This document shows, in pieces, positions 19,542 to 29,828 of a stretch of DNA of 64,000 nt. The notes below the pieces were generated by a model. It did no database searches, was not told where the DNA came from, and worked only from the letters and a program-made list of their open reading frames with translations. Positions within the stretch are counted from its first letter, which is position 1. Each line of letters begins with the position of its first letter. The stretch comes from Phycisphaeraceae bacterium. GTDB taxonomy: Bacteria > Planctomycetota > Phycisphaerae > Phycisphaerales > Phycisphaeraceae. The position numbers and the translations under genes are program-made. The stretch is taken from positions 512,001-576,000 of the forward strand of contig OY771506.1 in the NCBI GenBank assembly GCA_963674705.1, read 5' to 3'.

Positions 19542-20966
19542 TCAACCCACTGCTTTTATCGGGAACAACCTGCCAATCATGACTACCAGGCCGGACACGC
19601 CAACGGTAGTTAGTGCGCCAGCGACCGCCCAGTGTGTCTGTCCAGTGAAGTTGCCGTAGGCGAAGACAGGCAATCCGATGCCGATCGACATCAGGATGCC
19701 GTAGAACACTGCACGTTCGGGCAATCGTTGCCAGATCAGTGAGAACACGGTCGGCAGGAGCGTCGAGGCGCGGAGTGTGCCGTAGAAGAGGAACAGGTAC
19801 AGCACTTTCAAGCCGGGGGTATTCGCCAGCCCGATCCCGGCAAGCGCCAGTAACACCATACTGATGCGTGCATATCGAACGATCCTGCGGTCGTCGGCGA
19901 TATGGCTTTGCGACAGATCATGTCCGGCCAGGCTTGATATCGCACAGAGATTTGAGTCGAGTGTTGAGACCAGGCCCGACAGCAACATAAAGACGAAGGG
20001 GAACATTACCCATGCCGGGAGGTAGTGGCGGACAGCCAGAACGTTCACCTGTTCGTTGGCTTGTGTTTCCAGACCGCTACCACGTGCGACAAAACCCAGT
20101 ACCGATAGAGATAACGGGACTATCGCAAAGATTAACGCGCCAAGGATGAAAGCCGGGGCAACCCGTTTTTCCTTGATGCCGAACGCACGCTGCCAGAAGG
20201 ATTGATCCCCGAACGGCCCAGCCAGCAGACCAATCGTGACGGGGATGCCGAAGCTGTAAGAGATCCATGCTCCTTTACCTGTAAACAGACTATTGATATC
20301 ACCTTGCGGTCCATTTAATCCATCAAGTAATGATTGAGTGCCCGATTTCATTAATACCCAAGGCACAACGACCGCGCTGACTGCAAGGATCACGATCATC
20401 TGAACAAAGTCCGTCACGACCGAGGCGCGTAGGCCGTTTAATAACGAATAGAGCAGTGCGATACCGGCAAGCGAGAACGTAACCGACCAGAACGGCACGC
20501 CGCACAACAGCGATATCACTTTGCCGCCCGCGAGTAACTGCACCGCGAACGAACAGATCGCCAGGCCGCCGAGTTGGAAGCCATAAAGTATCTGTACGCG
20601 CTTGGAGTATCGGCTGCGCATGTAGTGCGATAGCGTGAAACCTTCGGGCAACAGCCGCCTCATACGCGCGGCGAAGAATGCAAAGATGATCAGACATGCA
20701 ACGTTCGGCACGGTAAACCAGAACAAGCCCACCCAGCCCTGGCTGTATGCACGCTCGCTTGCGATAAACAAGGCCGGCGCCCAGATCCACGTAGCTGCTA
20801 TTGAAAAAGCAGCGCCCCAAACGCCCAGCTTACGGCCCGCAACTAGGAATTGCTCCTTAGACAGAACATCATGTCGGCCCGACCACCATGCGAGTAATAG
20901 CATCAGCCCGCCATACGTCGCGACGATGCCCCAGCCTTGCAGGGTTGTCATTACCGGCTCATTCAC
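19542..20966 (-). CDS. Sodium:solute symporter (SSS) family transporter, DUR3/PutP-like
   Basis: FLVAGR, FSIAATWIWA, GLRASVVTDFVQ, DQSFWQR and STLDS; about 13 TM segments. Confidence 0.85.
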   Translation of the reverse strand: MNEPVMTTLQGWGIVATYGGLMLLLAWWSGRHDVLSKEQFLVAGRKLGVWGAAFSIAATWIWAPALFIASERAYSQGWVGLFWFTVPNVACLIIFAFFAARMRRLLPEGFTLSHYMRSRYSKRVQILYGFQLGGLAICSFAVQLLAGGKVISLLCGVPFWSVTFSLAGIALLYSLLNGLRASVVTDFVQMIVILAVSAVVVPWVLMKSGTQSLLDGLNGPQGDINSLFTGKGAWISYSFGIPVTIGLLAGPFGDQSFWQRAFGIKEKRVAPAFILGALIFAIVPLSLSVLGFVARGSGLETQANEQVNVLAVRHYLPAWVMFPFVFMLLSGLVSTLDSNLCAISSLAGHDLSQSHIADDRRIVRYARISMVLLALAGIGLANTPGLKVLYLFLFYGTLRASTLLPTVFSLIWQRLPERAVFYGILMSIGIGLPVFAYGNFTGQTHWAVAGALTTVGVSGLVVMIGRLFPIKAVG

Positions 20967-20975
20967 TTACGCACC

Positions 20976-22718
20976 TCATATCGCCTCCCCCTCCTCGACC
21001 ATCCGCCGCCATATCTCGAACGTGATTAACATCCATAAACGCAGGCCGTATCGACCCCTACCCTCTTCGGTTTCGTAGCTTAGTAATTGCTTGACACGTT
21101 CGGCATCGAAGATGCCACGATCTTTGATCCGTGTGGGGTGCAATATTTTGCGTGCGTAGCGTTTCATTTCGCCTTGGAACCAGAAGTGTACGGGGACGCG
21201 CATCCCGCTCTTAGGCCGATCGATCACACTCTTTGGTAGTTGATCACGATAAGCACGTTTGAGTACGACTTTCTCGATGCCGCGGTCCAGTTTCAAACGC
21301 GTCGGCATACGGAAGCTTAACGTGATCAAACGGTCATCAAACAGCGGAGACAACGGCGTGATCCCCCACGCCCCGAGCATGCGTTCGACCTTCGGCAGGA
21401 TCAGGTGTGCGCCCTTTAGCCTGATATTCGCTGCGGTCATTTTGTTCACGAACAGCAAAGGTTTCCGGCAATCAAAGAAGGGAGTCATCACACATTCAAG
21501 CGCTTCCGTGCGATCGAATTGAGAGCGAAACTCGGGCGAGAGCATCAGGTCGACTTCTTTGTATGCTCGCCTGTATGAAGCAAGGTAAGCACGTTCGCGG
21601 AATAGCGGATCGCGTTCGATCCCGCCGTACCAATGTTGAAGCAGCATAGGCAAGTTTTTTGGCCCGCCGAAGAGAGGATCGCCACCCTCGCCGTTGAATA
21701 CCCATCGTGACTCCTGTGATACACGCCGGCTCAATTCGAAGTTCGGCATCGTGATCGGGTCGCCGATCGGCTCATCGAGATGCCAGACCATCTGCCTAAG
21801 TCTTGGCAGGAAGTCGCGAGGCTCCATCAGCACCTCTTCATGATCTGTCCCGACTTGCTCAGCAACAGCGCGGGCAAATTCTAATTCGCTTGGATACTTC
21901 TTACCGAAGTGGATCGCGAAACTGCGGATCGGCTTATCCGTGAGGCGTTTGAGTTCGGCCGCGACCACACTCGAATCGATCCCACCGGAGAGGTAAACCG
22001 CAAATGGTTCGTTCACGGGCATGCGATCAGATACTGCTTGTGCGAATGTCTCGTGAAACCGTTTTATCCATGCTTCATCTTCGCTTGGCGGTGGTTGTTC
22101 TTCCGGTTCAGCCGATTCGAAGTGAAAGTAACGATTGAGCCCGACCCGGCCGTCTTCATGTATGGTCAGATAAAACCCGGCGGGTAACTCTTCGATATCG
22201 GCAAGCATTGTTGCTGCACCGGGCACGAAGCTGAAGGTGAGATACTGCGCTACCGCGCTTGGCCTGACCTTGCGCGGGAAGCCGGGCAACAACCAGATGC
22301 CTTTCGGTTCGCAGGCGAACAGGAAGCGCCCGGCATGTTTTGCGTAATAAACCGTCCGTGCTCCCGCGCCGTCACGGACAAGATGAAGCGTTCGACCATC
22401 CTGAATCGCAAGGACGAACGCACCGGATAAGTCTTCAACGAAGCCGATACCCTTTTGTTTGTAAAGGCGTATCAGGTCATGGGCAGGATTGTTTAAAAAC
22501 ACCTGTCCTGCAACACTGATCGTCAAGTCACCATCTTGATGAACGCCACAGACGCAACGCTGGCGATTCGACTCATCAAACAAGTCCATATAGCCAACGT
22601 GCGTATGGTGATGTTGCTGGTTGTAGACAGGATCTAGGCCACGGTGTTGCATGACCGAGGCCATCGCAGACAAGAGGCGGTCATCCGGTGAACCAACGTA
22701 ACCGAAAACGATGCTCAT
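20976..22718 (-). CDS. Asparagine synthase-like ATP-dependent amide ligase lacking the N-terminal catalytic Cys
   Basis: HRG, RDGAGAR, LSGGIDSS (PP-loop), HLDEPIGD, GEGGDPLFGG and RPKSG. The N-terminus is MSIVFG rather than MCGI. Confidence 0.85.
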   Translation of the reverse strand: MSIVFGYVGSPDDRLLSAMASVMQHRGLDPVYNQQHHHTHVGYMDLFDESNRQRCVCGVHQDGDLTISVAGQVFLNNPAHDLIRLYKQKGIGFVEDLSGAFVLAIQDGRTLHLVRDGAGARTVYYAKHAGRFLFACEPKGIWLLPGFPRKVRPSAVAQYLTFSFVPGAATMLADIEELPAGFYLTIHEDGRVGLNRYFHFESAEPEEQPPPSEDEAWIKRFHETFAQAVSDRMPVNEPFAVYLSGGIDSSVVAAELKRLTDKPIRSFAIHFGKKYPSELEFARAVAEQVGTDHEEVLMEPRDFLPRLRQMVWHLDEPIGDPITMPNFELSRRVSQESRWVFNGEGGDPLFGGPKNLPMLLQHWYGGIERDPLFRERAYLASYRRAYKEVDLMLSPEFRSQFDRTEALECVMTPFFDCRKPLLFVNKMTAANIRLKGAHLILPKVERMLGAWGITPLSPLFDDRLITLSFRMPTRLKLDRGIEKVVLKRAYRDQLPKSVIDRPKSGMRVPVHFWFQGEMKRYARKILHPTRIKDRGIFDAERVKQLLSYETEEGRGRYGLRLWMLITFEIWRRMVEEGEAI

Positions 22719-23191
22719 TCGCCCCCGTCCGATGTCGATTCAAGATAATGGAGCATGGCCTTTGCCTCAGGTGCAAGTGAGCCATCAGGGTGTTCCGCCA
22801 ATGATCGGAATCGCGCGACAGCCTCATCCGACTTGCCTTCCCACAGATCGATCATGGCAAGTTTGTACTCGCTCTTGTGGGCCTCGAGAGAGCCGGGATA
22901 TGTTTGGATAACGGATTCGAAAGCGGATCGTGCCGAGACAAGATCATCCATGCCAAGGTAAGCCTTGGCGATGAAAAACTGCGCCCGGCTGGCATCCGCA
23001 TGATTGGGATGCTGCTGCTGGAAGGTCTGCAGTTTCGGGATCGCCTCGGCGTATTTGCCTTGCGTAACTAACAGCCTGGCAGCATCGAACTCACGCGAAG
23101 CCTGACCGCCCCGCGGCTTTGCGCAGGCAGGAATGCTGACCATCATGAGTATCAGCAACAGTATGGATAGATAGTGTTTGTGATCAGCCAT
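22715..23191 (-). CDS. TPR-repeat lipoprotein (BamD/YbgF-like)
   Basis: Hydrophobic signal ending IPAC, followed by TPR repeats (KYAEAIPKL...HPNH, AQFFIAKAY, FESVIQTYPGS). Confidence 0.75.
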   Translation of the reverse strand: MADHKHYLSILLLILMMVSIPACAKPRGGQASREFDAARLLVTQGKYAEAIPKLQTFQQQHPNHADASRAQFFIAKAYLGMDDLVSARSAFESVIQTYPGSLEAHKSEYKLAMIDLWEGKSDEAVARFRSLAEHPDGSLAPEAKAMLHYLESTSDGGE

Positions 23192-24161
23192 ATCCAAAGA
23201 ATCCTGATGAATCTTCTGCCATTGCACGGCGTTCCAACACTTCCTGGATCGCGACCTGTTCCATAATCGCTGGTGTGATCAATCCCGCCAGCGCTGCGGT
23301 TGGGATCATGCTGACCCTGTTGGCATACGACGGTTCTTTACGGTGTACCAATTTGAGCACACCGATATTCTGAGTATCTGATTCGTGCAATCCAAGATCC
23401 ATGATACGATCCATCGGCACGGTAATTGGCAGTTCATCTTGCATCGCACGACCGGATGGTGTCGCATCATGTAACAGGTAAACCGGTAAGTCATCACGTT
23501 CCAGCACCAACTGCTGTGCACGTTCGGTGATATACCACGGGTAGCCGGAGGCCGAGAGTACCAGGGCTTTCATCTCGGCGTGCATGTTGTTCAGGACAAA
23601 CTCATCGACCATCAGATCGTGCTGAACAATCAGGATACATTCCACGCCATAGTCGTAGATGTCGGGCTCCTCGTAATCGGGTGGTGGATCGTTCAGTCTC
23701 GGTTCGGTGATGAGTTTGTCCAGCGGACCGCGCTCGTCGATCCACTTTTTCAAGGCGTAATCCACAACCCTGCGCTTGGGCAAGTTGTATCGCAGGTGCC
23801 CAACGCCGATTAATCCCACCACCAGACTTATAAAGCAACCAAATACAAAACCCCCGATTGGTATTTGGCCGGTTAGAAATGTGATCCATACAAGATATAG
23901 AAGCCCGAGAGTAGCGATAATAATGGCAGCGATGCCGATGACAGGTCGCCTTTTACTTGCCCACAATCGGCAGCATGTGGTAAAGAACTGATCGGCGGTG
24001 AAGTAAGCAGTGTCGCCCCGGCTGGCGCGACGGACACAGGCGAGAAACTTCCCATCGGTCCAGCCGTCATGCGTATCGGGACGAAACAGGAACATGTAGC
24101 CACAGGAGCACAAGTTCCCTGCTTTCTTCTTATGATTCGTACCGCATGACGGACAACGCAT
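23184..24161 (-). CDS. Hypothetical membrane protein: Zn-ribbon, two TM helices, degenerate TOPRIM-like C-terminal domain
   Basis: CPSC...CSC at the N-terminus, two hydrophobic segments, then ILIVQHD...SGYP...PVYLLHDATPSG...DLGL, resembling the TopoVI-A/Spo11-type TOPRIM pattern. Confidence 0.6.
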   Translation of the reverse strand: MRCPSCGTNHKKKAGNLCSCGYMFLFRPDTHDGWTDGKFLACVRRASRGDTAYFTADQFFTTCCRLWASKRRPVIGIAAIIIATLGLLYLVWITFLTGQIPIGGFVFGCFISLVVGLIGVGHLRYNLPKRRVVDYALKKWIDERGPLDKLITEPRLNDPPPDYEEPDIYDYGVECILIVQHDLMVDEFVLNNMHAEMKALVLSASGYPWYITERAQQLVLERDDLPVYLLHDATPSGRAMQDELPITVPMDRIMDLGLHESDTQNIGVLKLVHRKEPSYANRVSMIPTAALAGLITPAIMEQVAIQEVLERRAMAEDSSGFFGYG

Positions 24162-24235
24162 CGTTCACCCCCTTCCCGGATGATGCGGACAGTATACCGG
24201 ACATCAACAGGACGGGAGCCACAGCGAGGTCACGA

Positions 24236-27200
24236 TTATCTGGAAAGCATACGGATCTGCTCAAGGATGCCGGGGTCCTTGATCTGCTTATCTCTTGCTA
24301 ACAATAGCGTCTTGCTGATCACCTCGGCGGTCTTGGGATCGTCATCGGCAAAAGGCAGGAACAGCCGCCCGCGGTGCTGGCCGTGGACGGGCACGATGAA
24401 TAGCGAGCCACCCGGCATAACGTGCGTCACCGCGCTTCCCAGATGCAGAGAGTAGCTGGCATGGTCTCCTTTAATCAGTGCGTGATTGTTCTCGATCCGT
24501 ACGTTCTGCATATCAAGCACAGCTAGCGTCTCGCTCAACAGGTTGCTGCGCATTTCGACCGTCGATGCACTAGCCTCGGGATCCACGCCGCCGCGATGTG
24601 CGACCGAAACGACCAGATCGAGATCACGCATCACCTCGCTGAAAACAAGCGGCGGGATCTGTTCAAGCTCGATCGGCTGCCATTCACCGATGCGGGTGAA
24701 ACGGACATCATCAACTGTCAACCCGTCTATTTCCGCGGGGGTGTAGAAGCCTTCCTCGAATCCAAGCCAAACAGAAAGCTTCAGGTCGTGGAACGTCTTG
24801 CGAACACCTTCTTCGGGTAGCGTTATCCAGCCTCGCTTACCAAGCAGCGCCAATGCCTGACTTGGATTGACCTGCTGGCCGGTATAACGCCTGGATAGTG
24901 TTTTATCGTTGCGCTCGGTATCGGTCAGGATATACAGCTCGCGGAACAGTTGCTTGAACGGCTGAACACGTTCAGCGGAAAAACATTCGTGCTGCCACTT
25001 GGACCAATCACCACGCTGAAGCAGGTCATACGGATGGGCGATGTGAATCGCTTCTGTTTTTTTCACCGGCTCCTGTGAACCGCTATGATCGATCAGCAGT
25101 TTGCCCGCCTTTTGTGGGTAGCCCGCAATCCCTTCGCCGATGAATACCAATCGCTCGAGCATGGGCTTGATCAAAGGGTGTTGCATCAGATCGCCCAGTT
25201 CTTCGCCGGTGAAGCGTTCGCCGCGGCACATCATCTGCTCGAGCGACAAACGCATCCGCGAGACCTGACGCTTAAGAGATGTCTTTCGATCACACAGCGC
25301 TTTGATCTTACGGTCTTTCTTTGCAGCAGCGGGGATCGACTTTTGCGATTTGCCGGCTTTTTCTACAGCAATCTCTGGTTCACCCGCGTCGGTGATAAAC
25401 AAGCTGATCGTAGCCTGCCCCACCGATACAGAAACAGGTCCTTCGGCCAAGTCGCTGACGGCCGAGGCTTCCATCGCCCATTGCAGCCGCAACGGATCAG
25501 GATAGCCGGCCGTCCTTGCAAGATTGGCCTGGCCAATCTCGACAGATCGTTTTTCGCTCGCCTGCCGCATGCTGCCAAACTGTTTACTCGTGCGCAGGAA
25601 TTCCTGCATCAACTCGTATCGTTTGAACAGGTCACTCTTGCGCGCTTTACCTCGCGCAAGTGGAAGCAGGCCGATGGCACGCACCGCGTCCTTGTGGCGT
25701 TTGTCTTTGATGCGTTTGGTCAGTTCGGTCTTGGTAACGTTGCCGAGCATTGCGTCAGCGAAAAGCTGAGCGCGCTTGTGCCCGCCGGCCGAAGACGCGT
25801 TTTTAGCCGCGTCATAAACCTGATCCCATCGTTTCTTTTTCAGCGTGTTATAAGTTTGCTTGAACCACTCCACATCAACAGCACCATCAACCAGGTCCTG
25901 CCCATCCAAGGCGGTACGCTCAGAGATTTCACGGATCCAGGCTTCACGAACCTCCTGCTCGACAGACCACTGATCGTCCTTGGTATGTGCGTGCAGCCAC
26001 CACACCGCTTCCTCAAAGCCGGGCCAGCCTATTGCCAGTTCAATGATGCGGGCCCACTGCGGTGCGAACATCGCTGTTTCGATCCAACGCGACTCTGGGA
26101 TATCTGCTTGCTGAGCGAGTTCTTTGAATTGTTCAGCGGTATCTTCTTCAAGCGGACAGCAACAACGGATCAGATGGCTGAAGCTGGTTTTCTTGTCGTT
26201 GCCTTCATCACCGTAAAAGCTGCTAGAACGCAGGAAGGCTGTTTTGCCGAGGGCTTTGAGTAGCTTCACAAGGTAGTCTATGCCGGGGACACTGCTGATA
26301 TGTCCGGCGGGTTGGGTTGCGGCCGTCGGCTCGTCACCACGAACCAGTTCTACTTCGAGCACACGGTCGCGTACGCGCTCGACCAGTGGTTTGAGCCTTG
26401 GCGATGTTTTAAATATTGCGTGAGGTTTTCGTATTGTCAGTTCTCGCAGGATAGACACGTGCACATGTTTGTGTACATTGCCCGGCTCATCGAACTTCCA
26501 CGCGTCAAGCAGCAGTTCATATACGTCGTGCTCGTTCATAATATCCAAACGTAAGCCGTGCGCCAGCATTGTGGTGTCGACCGTGCTGCGAACCGAATAA
26601 TATGGCGTATGCCACCAGTACCGGTCAGGCTCTTTTATCTTCGCTTGCGCTTCGTCGTATTCAGCCTGTTCTTGTAACTTTTGGGGATCGATAAACGATT
26701 GTCCATCAGTATCGATCGGCCGATCCAGCCAGAGATAAAGACGGATAAGGCGGGCAAGTTGTGTATCGTTCCAGTCATCAGGATGTTGCATGTACTCGTT
26801 CTTCAGGGCATTGAGCCAGTAGAGACGCAATGATTTGTATGAACGCAGCAATGGGATAGGCCGTTCTTGACCGATCGTCGCCAAAGCGGTTTCCGCGATA
26901 TCCAGTTTGAGACCCAACGAATCAGGATGGGTGTGACGTGCTGCAAGCCATCCGATCACATCGGACATCACCGAGTAATACCGGGGCCTTTTCTTTGGAA
27001 GCAACTCTGCATTAAAGCCGGGATTCTGTTTAAACGTGTCATCGTCGGAAGTCAGTGCGCCACACATCACCGCGGCCCGCCACGAGTCCAGGCCATCTTC
27101 ATCACGCAGGTCTGCGGATCGGTTGGCGTACCAATCCTCCCATACCTCCGCGAGCGGAAAATCATCGATGGGCGTATTACTTACATATGCTTTTCGTGGC

Positions 27201-29239
27201 CACAATCTGTTGTCATGCCCTAACAAGTCTTCCTTCTGCACGCCCGACCAATCTTCAACGGCTACCCGTGTCTCACGGTGCTTGTGAATCAGGTCGTCGA
27301 TCGCGTGGTAATAAACTGACGCGGCCTTCGTCATCAATGGGACTTTATGATCCTTTAGCGGCTGCGGCTTATATAGTTGGCTGGCATCCATCAGGCCCAA
27401 CGCATCTTGCAATGTGGGCTTCGTACGCTCCACACCCAGCACCTTATCAAGCAGGCTTTGCTCGCTATCGGTGAGTTGATCGCCGTGCTCTGCGACGTAT
27501 GTCTCGGCACGTTCATAACACTCATCCGGCAGGCGCTTGAGCGGTTGCAATGAACTCATCAACTCGACACCCGCCAACCGCTGCTGCTTATTGCGCGACG
27601 CCAGCAAGCGATCGATGCTGGCCAAGACGCCGGGGTCATCCTGCTTCCGCAAGAGCTTAAGCAAACCCCGGCGCAGGTCTCCCGCTTTACGCGTCAACAA
27701 AGATTCCAGTTGCTCGAAGTCCTCGGTGACTTCATCAACTCTTTCAAGCTGCCCAAGGACTTGCATTCGTACAGAACTGCTTGCGTCACCAATGAGATCA
27801 AGCAACAACGCATGCGTACCGTCCCAAGCCAACTGTTCCTTGGTAAGCCGTCTGATGAAGTTCTCTCGCCCCGCCGGGCTCATCGACGGCACGATCTTCA
27901 AGAATCTCGGCCAGTCATGTTGTTCGGCAAATCGCCAAATAACATCGGTGACCATACCGCGACTGATCGTCAATTCCATCCAAGGCCAAAGGATCGGCTT
28001 GAGTTTGGTCGCTTTGACCGGCAGCCGTCCACTCGCCGCCTCAAGCTTGGAAAAGAGATTGACTCCCTTTGGTTTGGTATTCAGCCAGGTTTGGCATGCT
28101 GAAAAGGCAGCAAATATCAGCCTCGGGTCTTCATCATCCAGCACCGGGATCAGTGCATTGTGCGCCTCTTCCGTTGAGAGCATGATCAGCATCCACGCGG
28201 CAGCGAAGCGCACCTCTGGCTTGCGGTGTTTTAATAGCTTGTTCGCAGCCGGTAAAGCCTGATACGCATCACTGAAGCCGAGAGACCATAAGGCAAAATA
28301 AATATCTTCCGCGTCGTCTGACTTCAATGCCGCTTCGATCGATTCGGGTTTCTGTAAATAACCCAAAACCTTTTCGATGATAGATTTGATATATCCACCC
28401 GAAGCCGAATCCCAATTCAGTGCAAACCAGACATCCGCTGCACGCACGACCGATGCGAAGCGCGTCAGGTTCTGATCAAGAATAAGTTTGAGCATCCGTT
28501 TGAATGCTTCGGGGTGTGCCTGTTTGATCGGCTCCAGGATCGCCTGACGCAATCCCTCCTGACGTTGCGCAGCAAGCAGCAGTTTCTCGAGGTATTCCCA
28601 AGCATCAGGCCTGCCGCACCCCATTAAGGCGACTGTGACATGTTTGCCCATCTGCCCGATATCGTGGTCGCCGTTGGCAGAATCCACAAGTGTTTGAAAA
28701 ACGCGCTGCCCCTGGTCCCCCCCACCATCAATTGCAGCGGCAAGTAATTGACCGATACTTTCCGGCATGTAACAGGGAAGGTAAGGCGTCCACGCAGCAA
28801 GCCACTGTGCATCCTGATCAAATCCATCAAGCATGAGGCAGATCGATTGCAGCCACTTGGCTCGTACATGCAATGAATGTTCTGGATGCGACGGTGCACG
28901 GAACGGCATGGCAAGATACGCAGGCGTGTATGGCTGCTGTTTCAACTGCTGCCAACAACGTTCCATATGCGGCGCGAGTTTGGGGAAGATGTCGGCAAAA
29001 ATAGACAGCCGTTCCTCGGTCGACAACGCATCAAGCCGGTTTGCCTTTTCATCCATGTCCGGCTTGTGTGTGTGTGCCGAAAAAGGCACTAGCGACTTAC
29101 GCGTCTTTAAACCTGCAAGCCTATACATAATCTCGCGCTGAGCCTCGGGCTTCTTGGCCAGACGTGCTTCCACACGCTGCTCCCACTTCGGGTCCCGCAG
29201 CATGTTCAGCTTTTCTTGAGCCTGTTCATTACTCAGCAT
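24236..29239 (-). CDS. Large helical-repeat protein with C-terminal DUF4132-type domain (1667 aa)
   Basis: AAQRQEGLRQAILE near the N-terminus, HEAT-like repeats, and C-terminal RLEQMM-like segment, IAHPYDL, VQPFKQLFRELY and FSEVMRDLDLVVS typical of DUF4132 proteins. Confidence 0.8.
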   Translation of the reverse strand: MLSNEQAQEKLNMLRDPKWEQRVEARLAKKPEAQREIMYRLAGLKTRKSLVPFSAHTHKPDMDEKANRLDALSTEERLSIFADIFPKLAPHMERCWQQLKQQPYTPAYLAMPFRAPSHPEHSLHVRAKWLQSICLMLDGFDQDAQWLAAWTPYLPCYMPESIGQLLAAAIDGGGDQGQRVFQTLVDSANGDHDIGQMGKHVTVALMGCGRPDAWEYLEKLLLAAQRQEGLRQAILEPIKQAHPEAFKRMLKLILDQNLTRFASVVRAADVWFALNWDSASGGYIKSIIEKVLGYLQKPESIEAALKSDDAEDIYFALWSLGFSDAYQALPAANKLLKHRKPEVRFAAAWMLIMLSTEEAHNALIPVLDDEDPRLIFAAFSACQTWLNTKPKGVNLFSKLEAASGRLPVKATKLKPILWPWMELTISRGMVTDVIWRFAEQHDWPRFLKIVPSMSPAGRENFIRRLTKEQLAWDGTHALLLDLIGDASSSVRMQVLGQLERVDEVTEDFEQLESLLTRKAGDLRRGLLKLLRKQDDPGVLASIDRLLASRNKQQRLAGVELMSSLQPLKRLPDECYERAETYVAEHGDQLTDSEQSLLDKVLGVERTKPTLQDALGLMDASQLYKPQPLKDHKVPLMTKAASVYYHAIDDLIHKHRETRVAVEDWSGVQKEDLLGHDNRLWPRKAYVSNTPIDDFPLAEVWEDWYANRSADLRDEDGLDSWRAAVMCGALTSDDDTFKQNPGFNAELLPKKRPRYYSVMSDVIGWLAARHTHPDSLGLKLDIAETALATIGQERPIPLLRSYKSLRLYWLNALKNEYMQHPDDWNDTQLARLIRLYLWLDRPIDTDGQSFIDPQKLQEQAEYDEAQAKIKEPDRYWWHTPYYSVRSTVDTTMLAHGLRLDIMNEHDVYELLLDAWKFDEPGNVHKHVHVSILRELTIRKPHAIFKTSPRLKPLVERVRDRVLEVELVRGDEPTAATQPAGHISSVPGIDYLVKLLKALGKTAFLRSSSFYGDEGNDKKTSFSHLIRCCCPLEEDTAEQFKELAQQADIPESRWIETAMFAPQWARIIELAIGWPGFEEAVWWLHAHTKDDQWSVEQEVREAWIREISERTALDGQDLVDGAVDVEWFKQTYNTLKKKRWDQVYDAAKNASSAGGHKRAQLFADAMLGNVTKTELTKRIKDKRHKDAVRAIGLLPLARGKARKSDLFKRYELMQEFLRTSKQFGSMRQASEKRSVEIGQANLARTAGYPDPLRLQWAMEASAVSDLAEGPVSVSVGQATISLFITDAGEPEIAVEKAGKSQKSIPAAAKKDRKIKALCDRKTSLKRQVSRMRLSLEQMMCRGERFTGEELGDLMQHPLIKPMLERLVFIGEGIAGYPQKAGKLLIDHSGSQEPVKKTEAIHIAHPYDLLQRGDWSKWQHECFSAERVQPFKQLFRELYILTDTERNDKTLSRRYTGQQVNPSQALALLGKRGWITLPEEGVRKTFHDLKLSVWLGFEEGFYTPAEIDGLTVDDVRFTRIGEWQPIELEQIPPLVFSEVMRDLDLVVSVAHRGGVDPEASASTVEMRSNLLSETLAVLDMQNVRIENNHALIKGDHASYSLHLGSAVTHVMPGGSLFIVPVHGQHRGRLFLPFADDDPKTAEVISKTLLLARDKQIKDPGILEQIRMLSR

Positions 29240-29245
29240 GATGTA

Positions 29246-29680
29246 TTAACCACCGGCCAGCATGACCAGTCTGAGAAAGGTAACCCGGCTATCGGGCTTC
29301 ATATGAACCTCCGCGTCGAGGTCCCGGTATTCCTGATCGTCTACAATCACCAAATACAATCCGTCTTCAAACGATACCAGCGCGTTGTCGATTGCTTCAT
29401 CGACTTCGACCTGTTGATCGAGATCGCGACCGCCCGAATCAACCTTGCCTCGCGCTGCCTGCTCCCGGATCGCCCGCTCGGTCAGCACCCGAATAAAGCG
29501 GTTCTCCTCCTGGCGATTACGAAAAGCCTCCACCGTCTCAACCACGACCCGCGTGATCAGGTCGCGCAATGTGAACGGTTCGCCACGCGACAGAACGGGC
29601 GGTATCGGGATAGACCAGTCGTCCAGCAGTCGCTTTCGCCTGCCGATCGCCCGCGCGGAAATAGTAATGGTCCCGACCAT
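29246..29680 (-). CDS. Conserved hypothetical protein, upstream partner of the DUF4132 gene
   Basis: 144-aa ORF 6 bp upstream of the DUF4132 gene; TLRDLITRVV...FEDGLYLVIVD...VTFLRLVMLAGG, ending in a Gly-Gly C-terminus. Confidence 0.75.
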   Translation of the reverse strand: MVGTITISARAIGRRKRLLDDWSIPIPPVLSRGEPFTLRDLITRVVVETVEAFRNRQEENRFIRVLTERAIREQAARGKVDSGGRDLDQQVEVDEAIDNALVSFEDGLYLVIVDDQEYRDLDAEVHMKPDSRVTFLRLVMLAGG

Positions 29681-29828
29681 GAAAACAGATTATACCGCCC
29701 CATCGGACACCGACACCGACCAGCGTCTTTCTAATACAACAAGGCCTTTACATGCGGCCCCACAGTCACCCCGGCAGAGCGTTTGCCCGACTTTTCTCAA
29801 GGCTTTATGATATTAACACTAACTCCCA

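Noticed and set aside
20976..22718. Lasso peptide biosynthetic cluster
   Set aside because: The AsnB-like enzyme is present, but no precursor peptide, RRE/PqqD or transglutaminase-like B protein was seen nearby.
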